From Leucoraja erinacea (taxonomy: Eukaryota), in assembly GCF_028641065.1 (NCBI RefSeq), contig NC_073393.1, positions 15,934,001 to 15,998,000 of the forward strand: a stretch of 64,000 nucleotides of DNA, in the 5' to 3' direction. The notes under the pieces were generated by a model that saw nothing but the letters and a program-made list of their open reading frames with translations, had not been told where the DNA came from and ran no database searches. The position numbers were made by a program, and so were the translations under genes. This document shows positions 38,408 to 50,552 of this stretch, piece by piece (position 1 is the first letter of the stretch; each line of letters starts with the position of its first letter).

Positions 38408-38451
38408 CGGCTCCCCGTTCGGACGTATGCCTACAGAGGTTACGTTATGGC
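38408..38451 (-). CDS. Receptor gene C exon 5: short cytoplasmic exon (GHNVTSVGIRPNGEP)
   Basis: Acceptor tttcattcctctag, donor CCG|gtatgt. Its 44 nt convert phase 1 to the phase 0 needed by the next exon. Confidence 0.75.
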
Positions 38452-39097
38452 CTAGAGGAATGAAATGAGAGTTACATAAAACAACTTCAATTGTAAAGAT
38501 TGATCTGTAGATTTTGACATTATTCTTCTCATATTAATCAAATTTACTGTAGAAAATAAGAACGATTGCATTTTTAAATATCAGATGGTGCTCAGCAGCA
38601 CCAATTGTCACAGTTATAACAATACAACGCATCTTGTACTCTTTCGCGATGTTGCGCCCACTGGACCTAAATTTTAACTGAAACTTTAAAATAGTAATGG
38701 TTTATAAGGAACCGTGTCCATGTCGAAACAGCAATGTAATGTAAACATATGGAGATGTTTGGTTTTGCTCATTGCCACAGAAAACCACAGTTGTTTTTTA
38801 CTCAAAATAGTAATCTTCCATTGCATTAATTATCAATCACACTGGATGTTTGAAGAATTCCTTATATTTGAAAATATATGCATAGGTGATAATTGAATAC
38901 ATCCAATTCCAAGCTGAAATAATTGAATTTGAAGATCCATCATATTATCACACACATATATCAAAATCGGCTTCAGAACTCTCTTTACATGTCCATCTAC
39001 GTTTCCTTTTCTCCTCTGTGAGCAAACACCATTGACATATCCATTCTCGTTTTAACCATAGAAATTATTATTGTATGATTATTATCACGATTCTTAC

Positions 39098-39196
39098 CGT
39101 GCCACATCTTTAAACTGAGTCTTATCACGATTATAATCAGAATTAAAATTACTGATCCACCTACTGCATATACGATAATCTGTTTGCGACCAATTC
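39098..39196 (-). CDS. Receptor gene C exon 4: uncharged transmembrane exon (GIGRKQIIVYAVGGSVILILIIIVIRLSLKMWH)
   Basis: Acceptor atccaccag, donor G|gtaaga, 99 nt, phase 1-1. Paralog of the other TM exons. Confidence 0.85.
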
Positions 39197-39726
39197 CTGG
39201 TGGATTAACAGAAAATTTAGAAACTGTAAAGAATTTATACATTTCAGAACAAATATACAAACGGCAGTCAACAAAGTAAATCATTTCGTAGGTGCATTTT
39301 AATACCCACATCGGAAAGTTTGGAAGGTATATCATGAGGCACCAGATGGAAGTTAGTAATGGAACCCACAGGACAAGCAATTGCCGTTGTATTGTGCCCA
39401 TGTGCGGAGAGCTGCTTACTGACGTTAAACGGAATATAGACTTTATCTTCATATATTTCACCAGACAGTAGATATATGCATATCCCAGGACGTTTTTGCT
39501 CATTACAATCATTATATCAATTCAGTTTGTCAATTCATCTCACACGGATTTCCTTACAAGAACTGATGAAGTACAATTAATTTTAAACAGCATGCAAGTG
39601 TTGCTTTCATGCGAATAAATGCGAGCCACATTTACCCTTACCCTTGTACGGAAAGCTGTCCAGTTATTAATCTGATCAAATTTGATCTACCGCCCCAATA
39701 TCATGTGTAACTGGCTCCAGTCTTAC

Positions 39727-40020
39727 CTTGGCCCAGGGTATAACTGAAACTGGCCGCCACCTTCAGGGAGACATGTGATACCAGACAGGTGTAAATATCT
39801 TTGCCCTCCCCAGGCTGCGTTATTTCCAAAGAACTAGTAGCCACAAACAATCCTTCTTCGCTTAGATTTTTCACAGTTTCGATTCCAGTGCGAATTTCCT
39901 CGTTATTTCTTAGCCAGAATATTTCTAATTTCTCCGGATAAAAGGCGCCAGTTTTGCACACAAGTTTCCGTGGAGATCCAAGTCCTTCAGCAGGAACAAT
40001 TGTCAAGGGAGTTGGGGGAT
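39727..40020 (-). CDS. Receptor gene C exon 3: C1-set Ig domain
   Basis: Acceptor tttctttgcttaag, donor G|gtaaga, 294 nt. LVCKTGAFYP..WLRN..YTCLVSHVSL. Confidence 0.92.
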
Positions 40021-40754
40021 CTTAAGCAAAGAAAAAAAAATATCGGGTGTTAGCTTTCCATTTCATTGTAAATATTCACATTTTATCTCGCCATCGAGTC
40101 GTATTTGTCACTACCAAATTATTTAATATTTAAACTTCCCAGTTTGTCGTTCATTTATACTCCCTTTCCTAGCGGACAACCGGACGACCTCCGCCAAGAT
40201 ACAAAGAGGGTGGATTTAAGGAGTGCCAACAGAATTTAAGGAGTTCCAAAATAAACTCTGTTACGAATGGACGTTCCCCGGTATCGCACGAAAGTTTTTG
40301 CCAGAAGCCTGCCGTGATTATTTAAAAGTGGCCATGTTCGGATTATTCATATATTGCAAAAGAAATGGAGCCATCATAATCGAAATATAACAGATTCGTA
40401 TAGTGTGGTGACAGGAAGCAGTTATACATGAAGATTAATGATGAATCCCGTTAGCACTTTAAGTAGTATATGGATTAAATCTTCTCACCCTGGTCAAAAG
40501 GACCCACTTCAACATTTAATCACTACTCTACTCTACTCTACTCACTCCGACATGCGGGAGATAACCACTTATCACGTGTTTGCGCAGTAATCAACCAGAA
40601 CCAGAACCAGATATGGGTTTGAAATGCCGATCACAACCATTTACCTGCATGTGAACCAAGTGCTGGAACACCTTTCTCGCGCATTGAATGCTTATAGTGA
40701 AACACCGTGGTTTTTATTACAAGCAATTTACGAGCGCACTTATTCAATATCAGT

Positions 40755-40960
40755 ATGTAGGAAAGAACTGCAGATGCTGGTTTAAACCGAATATATGTTG
40801 GAGTAACTCAGCGGGACAGGCAACATCTCTTCGGAGAAGGAATGGGTGACGTTTCGGATCGAGGTTTGAAGAAGGGTATAGACCCCAAACGTCACTCATT
40901 CCTTCTACCCAGAGATGCTGCCCGCCCCGCTGAGTTACTCCAGCATTTTGTGTCTCTATA
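40755..40960. repeat. Penelope-derived terminal repeat in head-to-head inverted arrangement; related copies near 10080, 12200, 16680, 26105, 47140, 49250, 55395, 58775 and 60000
   Basis: ggagtaactcagcggg..aggaatgggtgacgttt / aaacgtcactcattcc..cccgctgagttactcc. Confidence 0.7.
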
Positions 40961-41892
40961 CAAATCAGTTCCATCTGTTGTGCCAACTTGGCGACAGTGA
41001 ATCGACAACGTTAGATCGGCGTTAATGATGATAGCTGGCAGAAGCCAAACGATGGAATATAACAAGCTCTGTTTCTCGCTGTGCGGATTCTACTCATTTT
41101 GGTCTGCACGTAAAAGGCCCTATATTTGGCATTTATTAACGCGAGCTCCTTCCGTACGAGCTACAGCCGGTGTCTAACTGGACAGGGAGTTGATTGTTGG
41201 GTTGCTTTGTCCGTTTATTACAAATCTTTAGAAACCTTGACTTAATTCACTTAATCAGGATAATCTTTAACGATGAAATAAATGTTACTGTTTATTCCCG
41301 GACTTTAAATAATTTCATTTGAGATGTTGTTTACTTCTTTTTTCCCCCGTACGGTGCCAAATTGCTTGAATAGACTGAGGTTATGCCTGACAAAATTAGT
41401 GTCAAGCGATTTCAAAAAAAAGAAAAAAGATTTCATTGAAGTAGCTTGGAATCAGCAGCGATGAGTCCCACATGTTAGAAAACCAAGATCCTTGGGTTGC
41501 AGCAGCACATTGGTCTTATGAGGTTCTAAAGCTGTCGATGTAGAATAGAGGCATGACAGACTCTACCATCGACGTATTGCTCCTACTCTCTTTTCTTAGT
41601 GATGAGAAACCTGGACATCACACTCCAGCTACTAAAACTAACAGGAATATTATTTCAATATTTCATTGCAAAACATTTCTAACCACACCTCAGAATGAAT
41701 TCCTTCCATCTCAGCATTTACCCGTTCTTAGCGATAAATCCATCTGGGAGATTAGCTTAAAATTCGGGACCGCTAAATGAATGGGCTGCGCCAATTCATA
41801 GCGGCAATGAAAAGGAGTCTCGCAAAGTATCGTAAAATGAACAGAATAACCCTCAATCCCCACGCGTCCCACAAGTGCTACTCGACCTGCAA

Positions 41893-42197
41893 GGGGTCAC
41901 AGCTTAAGGATAAGGGGGAAATCCTTTAAAACCGAGACGAGAAGAACTTTTTTCACACACAGAGTGGTGAATCTCTGGAACTCTCTGCCACAGAAGGAAG
42001 TCAATGCCAGTTCATTGGCTATATTTAAGAGGGAGTTAGATGTGGCCCTTGTGGCTAAGGGGATCAGAGGGTATGGAGAGAAGGCAGGTACGGGATACTG
42101 AGTTGGATGATCAGCCATGATCACATTGAATGGCGGTGCAGGCTCGAAGGGCCGAATGGCCTACTCCTGCACCTAATTTCTATGTTTCTATGTTTCT
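41893..42197 (+). mobile_element. CR1 LINE 3' end in the gene C V-C1 intron
   Basis: Same subfamily as the copies at 3771 and 33290; (TTTCTATG)n tail. Confidence 0.88.
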
Positions 42198-42363
42198 TTG
42201 TTATGTCCATTGTGCTTTGTTTCATTTTGAATGACTGGTCCCTGTAATTTAAAATTGCCATTACCTATTTATCAACAGGCGATTTTTCATATTACCCTCG
42301 CGACTAGACTTTACAAATGACATAGAACTGAAAATTGCTTATTTCCCTAACACACACACTCAC

Positions 42364-42669
42364 CAAATACGGTGATCAGGCAGCCACTTCCATTCCCGAT
42401 AACCTGATGCTGTGACTTTACTTGACAGTAATACAGGCCGGAGTCAGCGGCACGCACATTTTGGAGAGTAAATATTCCCCTTCCAGAATCTATCGTAAAT
42501 TGTTTTCTACTGTCCGGTTCAAGGAATGTCTTCATGCCGTCCCTCCACCAATTAACGCCAATATTGTCTTTCGATATTGGAAATGTGCAATACATGATAG
42601 CATGTTCACCGCCGCCAACGTCCAAGGTGACAGGGAATTGGGACACTCTGGTCGAATAGACTTCGGTAG
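42364..42669 (-). CDS. Receptor gene C exon 2: germline-joined VJ-type Ig domain
   Basis: Acceptor ttttcccgacag, donor G|gtgagt, 306 nt. VSQFP, MYCTF, VNWWR, DSGLYYC, IGNGSGCLITVF. Confidence 0.92.
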
Positions 42670-42862
42670 CTGTCGGGAAAAAAGCAAGAGCAATTGAAAC
42701 AGTTGTAAACACTGGACAGAGAAAACAGGAACCAACTGTCGAAAAGCACGAAACAACTATAAACCCACGAGGGCCTAATAGATGAACCTAATAGCTCGAA
42801 ACCAGGTCCGAATTTACGAAAAATAATACTTAGACCAGAAATGGCACACATTTTAACTATAC

Positions 42863-42917
42863 CCTGCGTTAGTATGACCAGAAGAGCCATGGACCAAACT
42901 CTAACTTTCACCGACAT
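42863..42917 (-). CDS. Receptor gene C exon 1: leader MSVKVRVWSMALLVILTQ
   Basis: ATG at 42917, 55 nt, donor G|gtatag. Homologous to the A and B leaders. Confidence 0.8.
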
Positions 42918-44214
42918 ATTACAAGAATAAATTGTCAACTTGTTGTTAGTTTACTCAAAACTTGCTCTGCGGAAAAGGAAATTATGAGTAAATATATGAA
43001 ACGTGTCCGTGACGTAATATATCCCACGACTGTGGCTCGTGCGGCGGGAGAGGTCATAGCTCGGCCCATTCCCATTGTAACAAAGCCTTCCAATACTTCC
43101 TGAATTGGATATATGTTTGTATTGTTTTTATGGTGGTGGGTTCTGGCTTGTTTTATTGTAGTGTAAATATTATTTTTAATAATTGAATAAATTTTGTTGG
43201 AATAAAAAAATAATAATTAAAAAAAAATACTTCCTGAATCATGTTCACAACCTCCTCCCGTAGCATCCAGATTTTTACTCGGAATTAAATTTGCATCAGC
43301 TGCCTACTCAGTTAATTGTCACAAATCGTTTCCGCGTAGAAGGTAAGGAGTGCTTGTGAATATTTAGATGCACAAACGTAGACACCCACCTTCCTTTGAA
43401 TCTCCCCCCCCCCCCCCCTTCCCAATTTGTGTTGTGCTCTTTCGCTCTTTCGATTATATACATTCAAACAACAATCACCCATTTCGTTTCTTCCTGTTCA
43501 GCCCTCACCATCGCCATCCGCAGCTTTCTATTGATTATGTTTCCATCTGACGTTTTTCACACTAACTCCGGTTGCTATTCCTACAAAACCAAATCTCCAT
43601 ACTGGTTTTTGTTAACTAATATTTCTACTATTTTCATAAACACCATTGCAGCAATATTCTATGGGGAGTCCAGCAGAAAATTGGCGCCAAGCCGCGACAG
43701 CTAACGTATGAACGAAATCTAGGTTTTTTCTTCCGATAATGCACAGTAGATCAATCAACTTATGCTGTTGACATCCACACAACACAGGAGAATAGGGGCT
43801 GTAAATTAATCGAATGGGCCAATATAAATTAGGGAGATTTAAACCAAACTGTTAATCTTATAATTTCCTCCAAAGTATTGTTTTAAAAATCGTAGAAATG
43901 AAGGGTTACTTAAAGTTTGGACTACAGGCAAGAAGCCAACGTTGTGAGCGAGGCGGTTTGAACTCTTTATGTTTTCCCCGTATCGTGGTTATACTCACAT
44001 TCCTCTGCACAAATCAATGATTTTGGCTTCAGAACACACATTAAATTGCACGAGCAGAAACCTGTTGTAGACCAAATGGTTAAGTAATTTTCGTGTAATT
44101 TAAATGTTTGATGCGCCTCACTTAGAGACCTTGTGCCGTTCAATGGGAGGACATAATATTCCAAATATACACAGTAATTCTCTGGATATTTTTTAAATTA
44201 CTGAAATCGGGCAG

Positions 44215-44515
44215 GACCGTATCGCAGTAGTAGAGTTGCTGCACTTACAGCGCCAGAGACCTGGGTTCGATCCCGACTGCGGGTGCTGTCTGTATGGAGT
44301 TTGTACGTTCGTCCCATGACTGGCTTGGGCTTTCTCTGGGCGCTCCGGTTTCCGCCCACATTCCAAAGACGTACATGTTCGTAGGTTGATTGGCTTCGGT
44401 AAAGATTGTAAATTGTCCCTAGCGTGCAGGATAGTGCTAATGTACGGGGTGATCGCTGGTCGGCGCGGACTCGAAGGGCCTGTTTCCGCGCTGTATCTCT
44501 AAACTATTGCTAAAA
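44215..44515 (+). mobile_element. tRNA-derived V-SINE-like element; further copies at about 46185-46490 (+) and 57240-57500 (+), degraded copies near 9600-9870 and 23040-23310 (-)
   Basis: B-box gggttcgatccc, central tggagtttgtacgttc..tccggtttcc.cccaca domain, CR1-like 3' end. Confidence 0.75.
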
Positions 44516-44959
44516 AAACTGCTTCTGTAAATGGCTTCTATTTGAACTTCCATGTAAAGATTGCGTAATTTCGGGTTTAAGTCTGTCCACATTAACCGTT
44601 CAAACGAAGAGCTGCAACAAGAACATTCCGGTTTGTGATGCTGGTCTTGAAGATAATGAAGACTGGACTCAGATTTAAAGCGGCACGTTGTTTCTTTTTT
44701 AGTGAAGTCAGCAGTGTAAAGAAACCAGCGGCAGTTCGAGAAAACCTCAGTACACGGCAAATCTGACAAATTAAGGATTTCTGTGCATGTTTGCAAGCTA
44801 CTGTCAGCGAAGGGCTGTTCTGCAACAATGGACCAATAATAATCTTACAAAATGGATTTGAAGAATTTTATTTGCCACATTTTGAGGAAATGCATCGGTA
44901 TATTCCCATTGTTTAATAGAAAAGAATATTGTGATACCGCAAGCGAAAACTGAAAAAGA

Positions 44960-45660
44960 TCATAGAAACATAGAAACATAGAAATTAGGTGCAGGAGTGG
45001 GCCATTCGGCCCCTCGAGCCTGCACCGCCATTCAATATGATCATGGCTGATCATCCAACTCAGTATCCCGTACCTGCCTTCTCTCCATACCCTCTGATCC
45101 CCTTGGTCACAAGGGCCACATCTAACTCCCTCTTAAATATAGCCAATGAACTGGCCTCAACTACCCTATGTGGCAGAGAGTACCAGAGATTCACCACTCT
45201 CTGTGTGAAAAAACGTTCTCCTCATCTCGGTTGTAAAGGATTTCCCCCTTATCCTTAAGCTGTGACCCCTTGTCCTGGACTTCCCCATCATCGGGAACAA
45301 GCTTCCTGCATCTAGCCTGTCCAACCCCTTAAGAATTTTGTAAGTTTCTATAAGATCCCCTCTCAATCTCCTAAATTCTAGAGAGTATAAACCAAGTCTA
45401 TCCAGTCTTTCTTCATAAGACAGTCCTGACATCCCAGGAATCAGTCTGGTGAACCTTCTCTGCACTCCCTCTGTGGCAATAATGTCCTTCCTCAGATGTG
45501 GAGACCAAAACTGTACGCAATACTCCAGGTGTGGTCTCACCAAGACCCTGTACAACTGCAATAGAACCTCCCTGCTCCTATACTCAAATCCTTTTGCTAC
45601 GAAAGCCAACATACCATTCGCTTTCTTTACTGCCTGCTGCACCTGCATGCCTACCTTCAA
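44960..45660 (-). mobile_element. Young CR1 LINE 3' portion with intact reading frame
   Basis: 164-aa [35 protein letters not shown]; (CATAGAAA)n tail. Confidence 0.92.
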
Positions 45661-46896
45661 TCATGTTTGCATTATTAATTTAACTTCGATTAAATGGTTC
45701 CAAAATGGCTCCTATATTTTTAAAGTTTCATTAAATTAGATTAATTTAGTAAACAGGAGGCGCGGAAAGCTTTGGGCAACATAATTTTGTTTTCCATAAC
45801 GTTAGACCCTTACATTGTTGATGACGCCATCGCAGATGCGTTTTCCAAATATTATTAACAATGCCCGATGGGAATAATTGGTTAGATTGCGTTTTTATTC
45901 TCCTTTCGACAAGATGTGTTGGATTGCCATTAACAAGAAAATACTGTTTTCTCCCGTTCGGTGGAAATGACTGGAATCCTGCAACAGGTCAGATTGCGAA
46001 ATAGAACTAACGTCTCGAGTTGATCATTTCTGTTATAATATAGAAATATTTACTGTTTCTCTTTCTCCACAGATTGTCCTCGACGCCTAGAATTCACAAT
46101 ATTTCGTGATTAATTTCAGATTACAAAGTATCCGCAATCTAGCATTATCCAGTGATTATCTTGCCACAACTTTGTTTCCAAGTGATCGCAGCGGTAGAGT
46201 TGCTGCCTAACAGCACTTGCAGCGCCGGGGACCCGGGTTCGATCCCGACTACGGGGACTGTCTGTACGGAGTTTGTACGTTCTCCCCGTGACCGCGTGGG
46301 CTTTCTTTCTCCGGTTTCTTCCCACACTCCAAAGACGTGCAGGCATGTAGGTAAATGGCTTGGTAAATGTAAAAAATGTCCCTAGCGTGGGTAGGATAGT
46401 GTTAATATGCGTTGATCGCTTATCGGCGCGGACCCATTGGGCCGAAGGGCCAGTTTTCGCGCTGCATCTCTAAACTAAATTAAACAAAACTGGAATTTAG
46501 ATGTAGACTGAAGATGTAAATGCACTAAATGCATATCTCCGACGGTCATCAATTGCGAGATATTGCCAGTCCATCTGCATTCTCCTTATCCATTCGAGCG
46601 GCCCCTAAAGTCTATGAACTTTATAGTTAATGCCAGCAAGTTGCCTCTAATTACAGGCGATATCTTCTTATTATCAATAGAATCATCACAACTTGTCAAA
46701 TGTTGTATGGAATACGAACTAAGCGCACCCACATAGGTCAAGTGCACAGGGGTAGTCTGACCAGTAACCCTCACGGATATATTTCAGCTCCTCTATGCCG
46801 GAGAGGCACCACACGTCTCTGCTCTTCTGAGCAAAAGTGACAACGCGTCAACCATATTAAATACCCGGGACTCCAAGCAGGCAAGAATGATGAAAC

Positions 46897-47045
46897 AGGT
46901 ATATGGACGGAAATGAATGGAGGGTTATGTTCTGAGTGCAGGTAGATGGGACTAGGTGACAGTAAGTGTTCGGCACGGACCAGAAGGGCCGAGATGGCCT
47001 GTTTCCGTGCTGTAATTGTTATATGGTTATATTATATGGTTATAT
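46897..47045 (+). mobile_element. CR1 3' UTR fragment
   Basis: Matches 3500-3640. Confidence 0.75.
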
Positions 47046-47531
47046 TTAAAAATCAGCCATTTAATTGCCATGAAGAAGTTTACCACGTATTTATTTATTT
47101 CCCAGAACGAACACGAAATAATTAAGGAAAGAACAATAAAGGAAAGAAGGGTCTCAACCCGAAACGTCACCCATTCCTTCTCTCCAGTGATGCTGCCTGT
47201 CCCACTGTGTTACTCCAGCATTTTGTGTCTACCTGCGAAATAATGAAGATTACAGTACAATCTTAGAAATGTTTCATTGACGGAAGCGGACTTTTAAGCA
47301 ATGGTCTTAAATTAAACTTCTTGTTCTACACTTTAGTTTCTAAGATGATAACGCGAGCCGTCCGTGACTTGTTTGTTTCAGATAGGCACAGCATTCGACC
47401 GCAAGCCTTTCCATGACGTCGCCAGCAGACTCACGAGAACAGTTCTATTTTCATGCTGTGTGTTATTTCTATTTTGTCAAGCTAGAAATGCAGCGGTCAG
47501 TTAGTTAGTCAGTAGATGATTAGTTAGTCAG

Positions 47532-47723
47532 NNNNNNNNNNNNNNNNNNNNNNNNNNNNNNNNNNNNNNNNNNNNNNNNNNNNNNNNNNNNNNNNNNNNN
47601 NNNNNNNNNNNNNNNNNNNNNNNNNNNNNNNNNNNNNNNNNNNNNNNNNNNNNNNNNNNNNNNNNNNNNNNNNNNNNNNNNNNNNNNNNNNNNNNNNNNN
47701 NNNNNNNNNNNNNNNNNNNNNNN
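47532..47723. other. Assembly gap (192 N)
   Basis: N run. Confidence 1.
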
Positions 47724-47989
47724 TTTTTAGAAACGTTGCAGAAGCTCGCATGGACCCATTCGTGTTTGCTAATTACAAGCAGAAGTCTAAAATATATCTG
47801 ATTCGGAGGGCATACGCTTCGTCCTAATCGAACAAGTAAGAGGCATCTAAAAAAGCGCATAACAAGGACGGCGTATACGCATATACATAATTTAATTTAA
47901 GTATGCAGATTACTATACTAGCCATACTAGCCCTCTGGAAACCAGTCCCTTCAGACCACAACACCATACTAGCGCTCCAGAAAGCCCCC

Positions 47990-48135
47990 CACCCCACTGG
48001 CCACCAATATTGGTATTTGTTGAGAGGTGGGTTACTTGAAGTTGGAGGTCAATATTCATACCGCTGTGGGGTAAGCTTCCCAAGCGAAATATTCGGTGCT
48101 CTTCCTCCAATTTGCACTGAGCCCCACTCTGATGG
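47990..48135 (-). mobile_element. Penelope-like GIY-YIG 3' fragment
   Basis: KLEEEHRIFRLGSLPHSGMNIDL. Confidence 0.6.
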
Positions 48136-49481
48136 GGGTGTTAAAGTGTTTAGTAATGGGAGATCTGGTAGGTTTATGCGGAGGTTTATGCTTCGCTACT
48201 AAACTGTGGGAAATCGATTTCCTGTGGTCATTAGGAATAGTACTTAGCGAAGAGAATTTGCAGATAATTGTCCTGGTCAATCTTGTGGATATTTGATTTT
48301 GAAATAAATTATCTAGATTTGCAGGTATGTGGCCCGCTGCTTGAGTCGGTGGCACAAGTTCATGGAAATTCGGGTGTCAGGGGTTATGGGGAGAAGACAG
48401 GAGAGTGGAGTTAGGAGGGAGAGATAGATCACCCATGGTTGAATGGCGGAGTAGACTTGATGGGACGAATGGCCTAATTCTATTCCTACCACATGACCTT
48501 ATGACAGGTTAAACTCATTCACAAGAGTTAATGTTATTAAACTATCCACAAGAGCAGTAGATTATAATTTCAGATAAGGGGAAATCGAGCTATTGAGAAG
48601 CGAGAAGGGAAAGGCAAACACGACTAAATTGCCACATTATCCCAAGAGCAAGAGTATACATATGGCCTGTGGCACACTCTGGCATTCACATTATTTCACT
48701 ATGTCATAGGTGCATCAGTGGAAAGAATCATAAACAGTTTGCAATTTGTGCATAGTCTTGATATTATTAAGTTGCATCACCATCCAGTGTGGACGATTTA
48801 ATTCACACCTTTAGTTGAATACAGCACAATGGATTTGATGTAAACAAAAATCTGCCCATGTAAGTGACCAAGTGACATACATTTCTGAAGGTCAGTCTGA
48901 AGACGGGATCCAATCCGCAAGATCGTCTCTCCATTTCCCTCAACAGATTTAGCCTGCCTGCTGATTTCATGCAGTTCAAGATTCCAGCACCTTCAGTCTC
49001 TTGTGACACCATATATTATTTCGTAATGAATTATCAGGATCTATTGAAAATCATAATTCATCCAAGACGAATCAATCGTATTTGATTAAATAACATTAGT
49101 TTCCCATCTATTTATCGGATTGATTTCATAATGGGACGTACAGGATGAATACAGTGACAAGTGGGGCGCACTGTTTCAGCATCCAGAACACAGTCCGCAG
49201 GGAGCTGCATGGACGGTTACTACACATTAAGATATTTGAGACTGTCATTGCTGGGATCTTGAGAAAAACAGCAAAGCGGTGGAGGAACTCAGCAGGCGAG
49301 GCAGCATCTGTGGAGGGAATGGGCAGACGACGTGTCAGGTTAGAACCCTTCTTCAGAATAGTGTGCATTAAGCTGGAAGATAGCTGGGGTGGGACAAAAC
49401 CGATCCAGTGATAGGTGGATGCAGTTGATGGGTGAAATTGTCATGTTGAGAAGGCGGCGGTTGTATATGTAAGAAGGGAAG

Positions 49482-49496
49482 GGTGTGTGTGTATGC

Positions 49497-49547
<51 letters not shown>

Positions 49548-49593
49548 TATGCGCGCGTTTCTATGTGTTTTTCGCCGGGTGGGGGGGGGGGGG

Positions 49594-49626
<33 letters not shown>
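49482..49626. repeat. (GT)n microsatellite followed by poly-G
   Basis: Read directly from the sequence. Confidence 0.95.
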
Positions 49627-49628
<2 letters not shown>

Positions 49629-50402
49629 GGATCTCAGAACACGAGCGCTCAGTCCGCCAAGGTCTGCTGGTGCTTCCAGTCACTACATGCTGATGCACGT
49701 ACTGATTTGTTTTGCTTTACACGTGGACCATATGAAGTTGCCAACAGTAATGTCTGGGCAAATGGAACCATCCGTGCAGAACTTACATATTCTGTTCCAC
49801 TGTAGGTGGCTATGCCACTGGCGTCACTGAGGCGCTTTGCTCCGCCAGGCTATCATCACATGACTGACTAATTCCATTTCATTACAAGTGTATTCATTAG
49901 TGGTGCACTTGATTGGTTGATGGGTTTCTTCAGATTTCCTTCTCTGGTTTGTGTTGACGTTAGTGTATTTCGAAACAAATGAGAGGACAAAGGCTCAGGT
50001 GCATTGAAAAAGCATGGAATTTAATGAAGGGAAAATATATTGGTTGCACAACTGAATAATCGGCGGGTTTTTTTTAATCAGACATCATTAAGTGACATGT
50101 TATCACGAACGGACGTGGCCATAGTTTCTTCACAAAGCACCAGCGAAATTATTCACATTTGAGAACAGAAGTAAAATAAACAAACACGATCTTTAAAATT
50201 TACAACAAATGCAAACTGGCACGTTCATCCCTGCTTTCAGAAAGTGTTGGATGCTTGTTAGATGATGGTCACTTACACCAAAACATTGACTCAATGCAGG
50301 TGAAAACGACCTGCAGCTCCAACGATTGTTACCATGGGAGTTCATTAGCTTGGCTGCAATGATCATAACGTAGCAATATTTCCGCCTGCAATTATTCACA
50401 GT

Positions 50403-50552
50403 CTACAGCTTCGATTTCCAGCTTCGCTCCTTCTTTAAAACATTTCCATCTGCATAAGGTACATGTTCCTCTTTCTGGTTAAATGTTACTGCTGATTGGA
50501 GTTGAGTAACTGCAAATCGACATGATACAACCTAAAATTTATCATCTTTAGT
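50403..50552 (-). pseudogene. Receptor gene D degenerate terminal exon (early stop; remnant EEHVPYADG where gene C has TVYADV)
   Basis: The acceptor context actaatggccgatataaattactttcacag|ACTAAAG is nearly identical to gene B's. Phase 0 reads TKDDKF*, phase 1 reads D*. Confidence 0.55.

Noticed and set aside
8850-42712. Rearranging Ig light-chain or TCR locus
   Set aside because: The J motif is fused within the V exon, I saw no RSS or separate J segments, each V has its own C1 and TM exon, and one gene has ITIM/ITSM tail exons.
4802-42917. Assigning the symbol NCR3 or SIRPA to the receptor genes
   Set aside because: The V-C1-TM layout matches neither gene and orthology needs a phylogeny, so the symbols are left blank.
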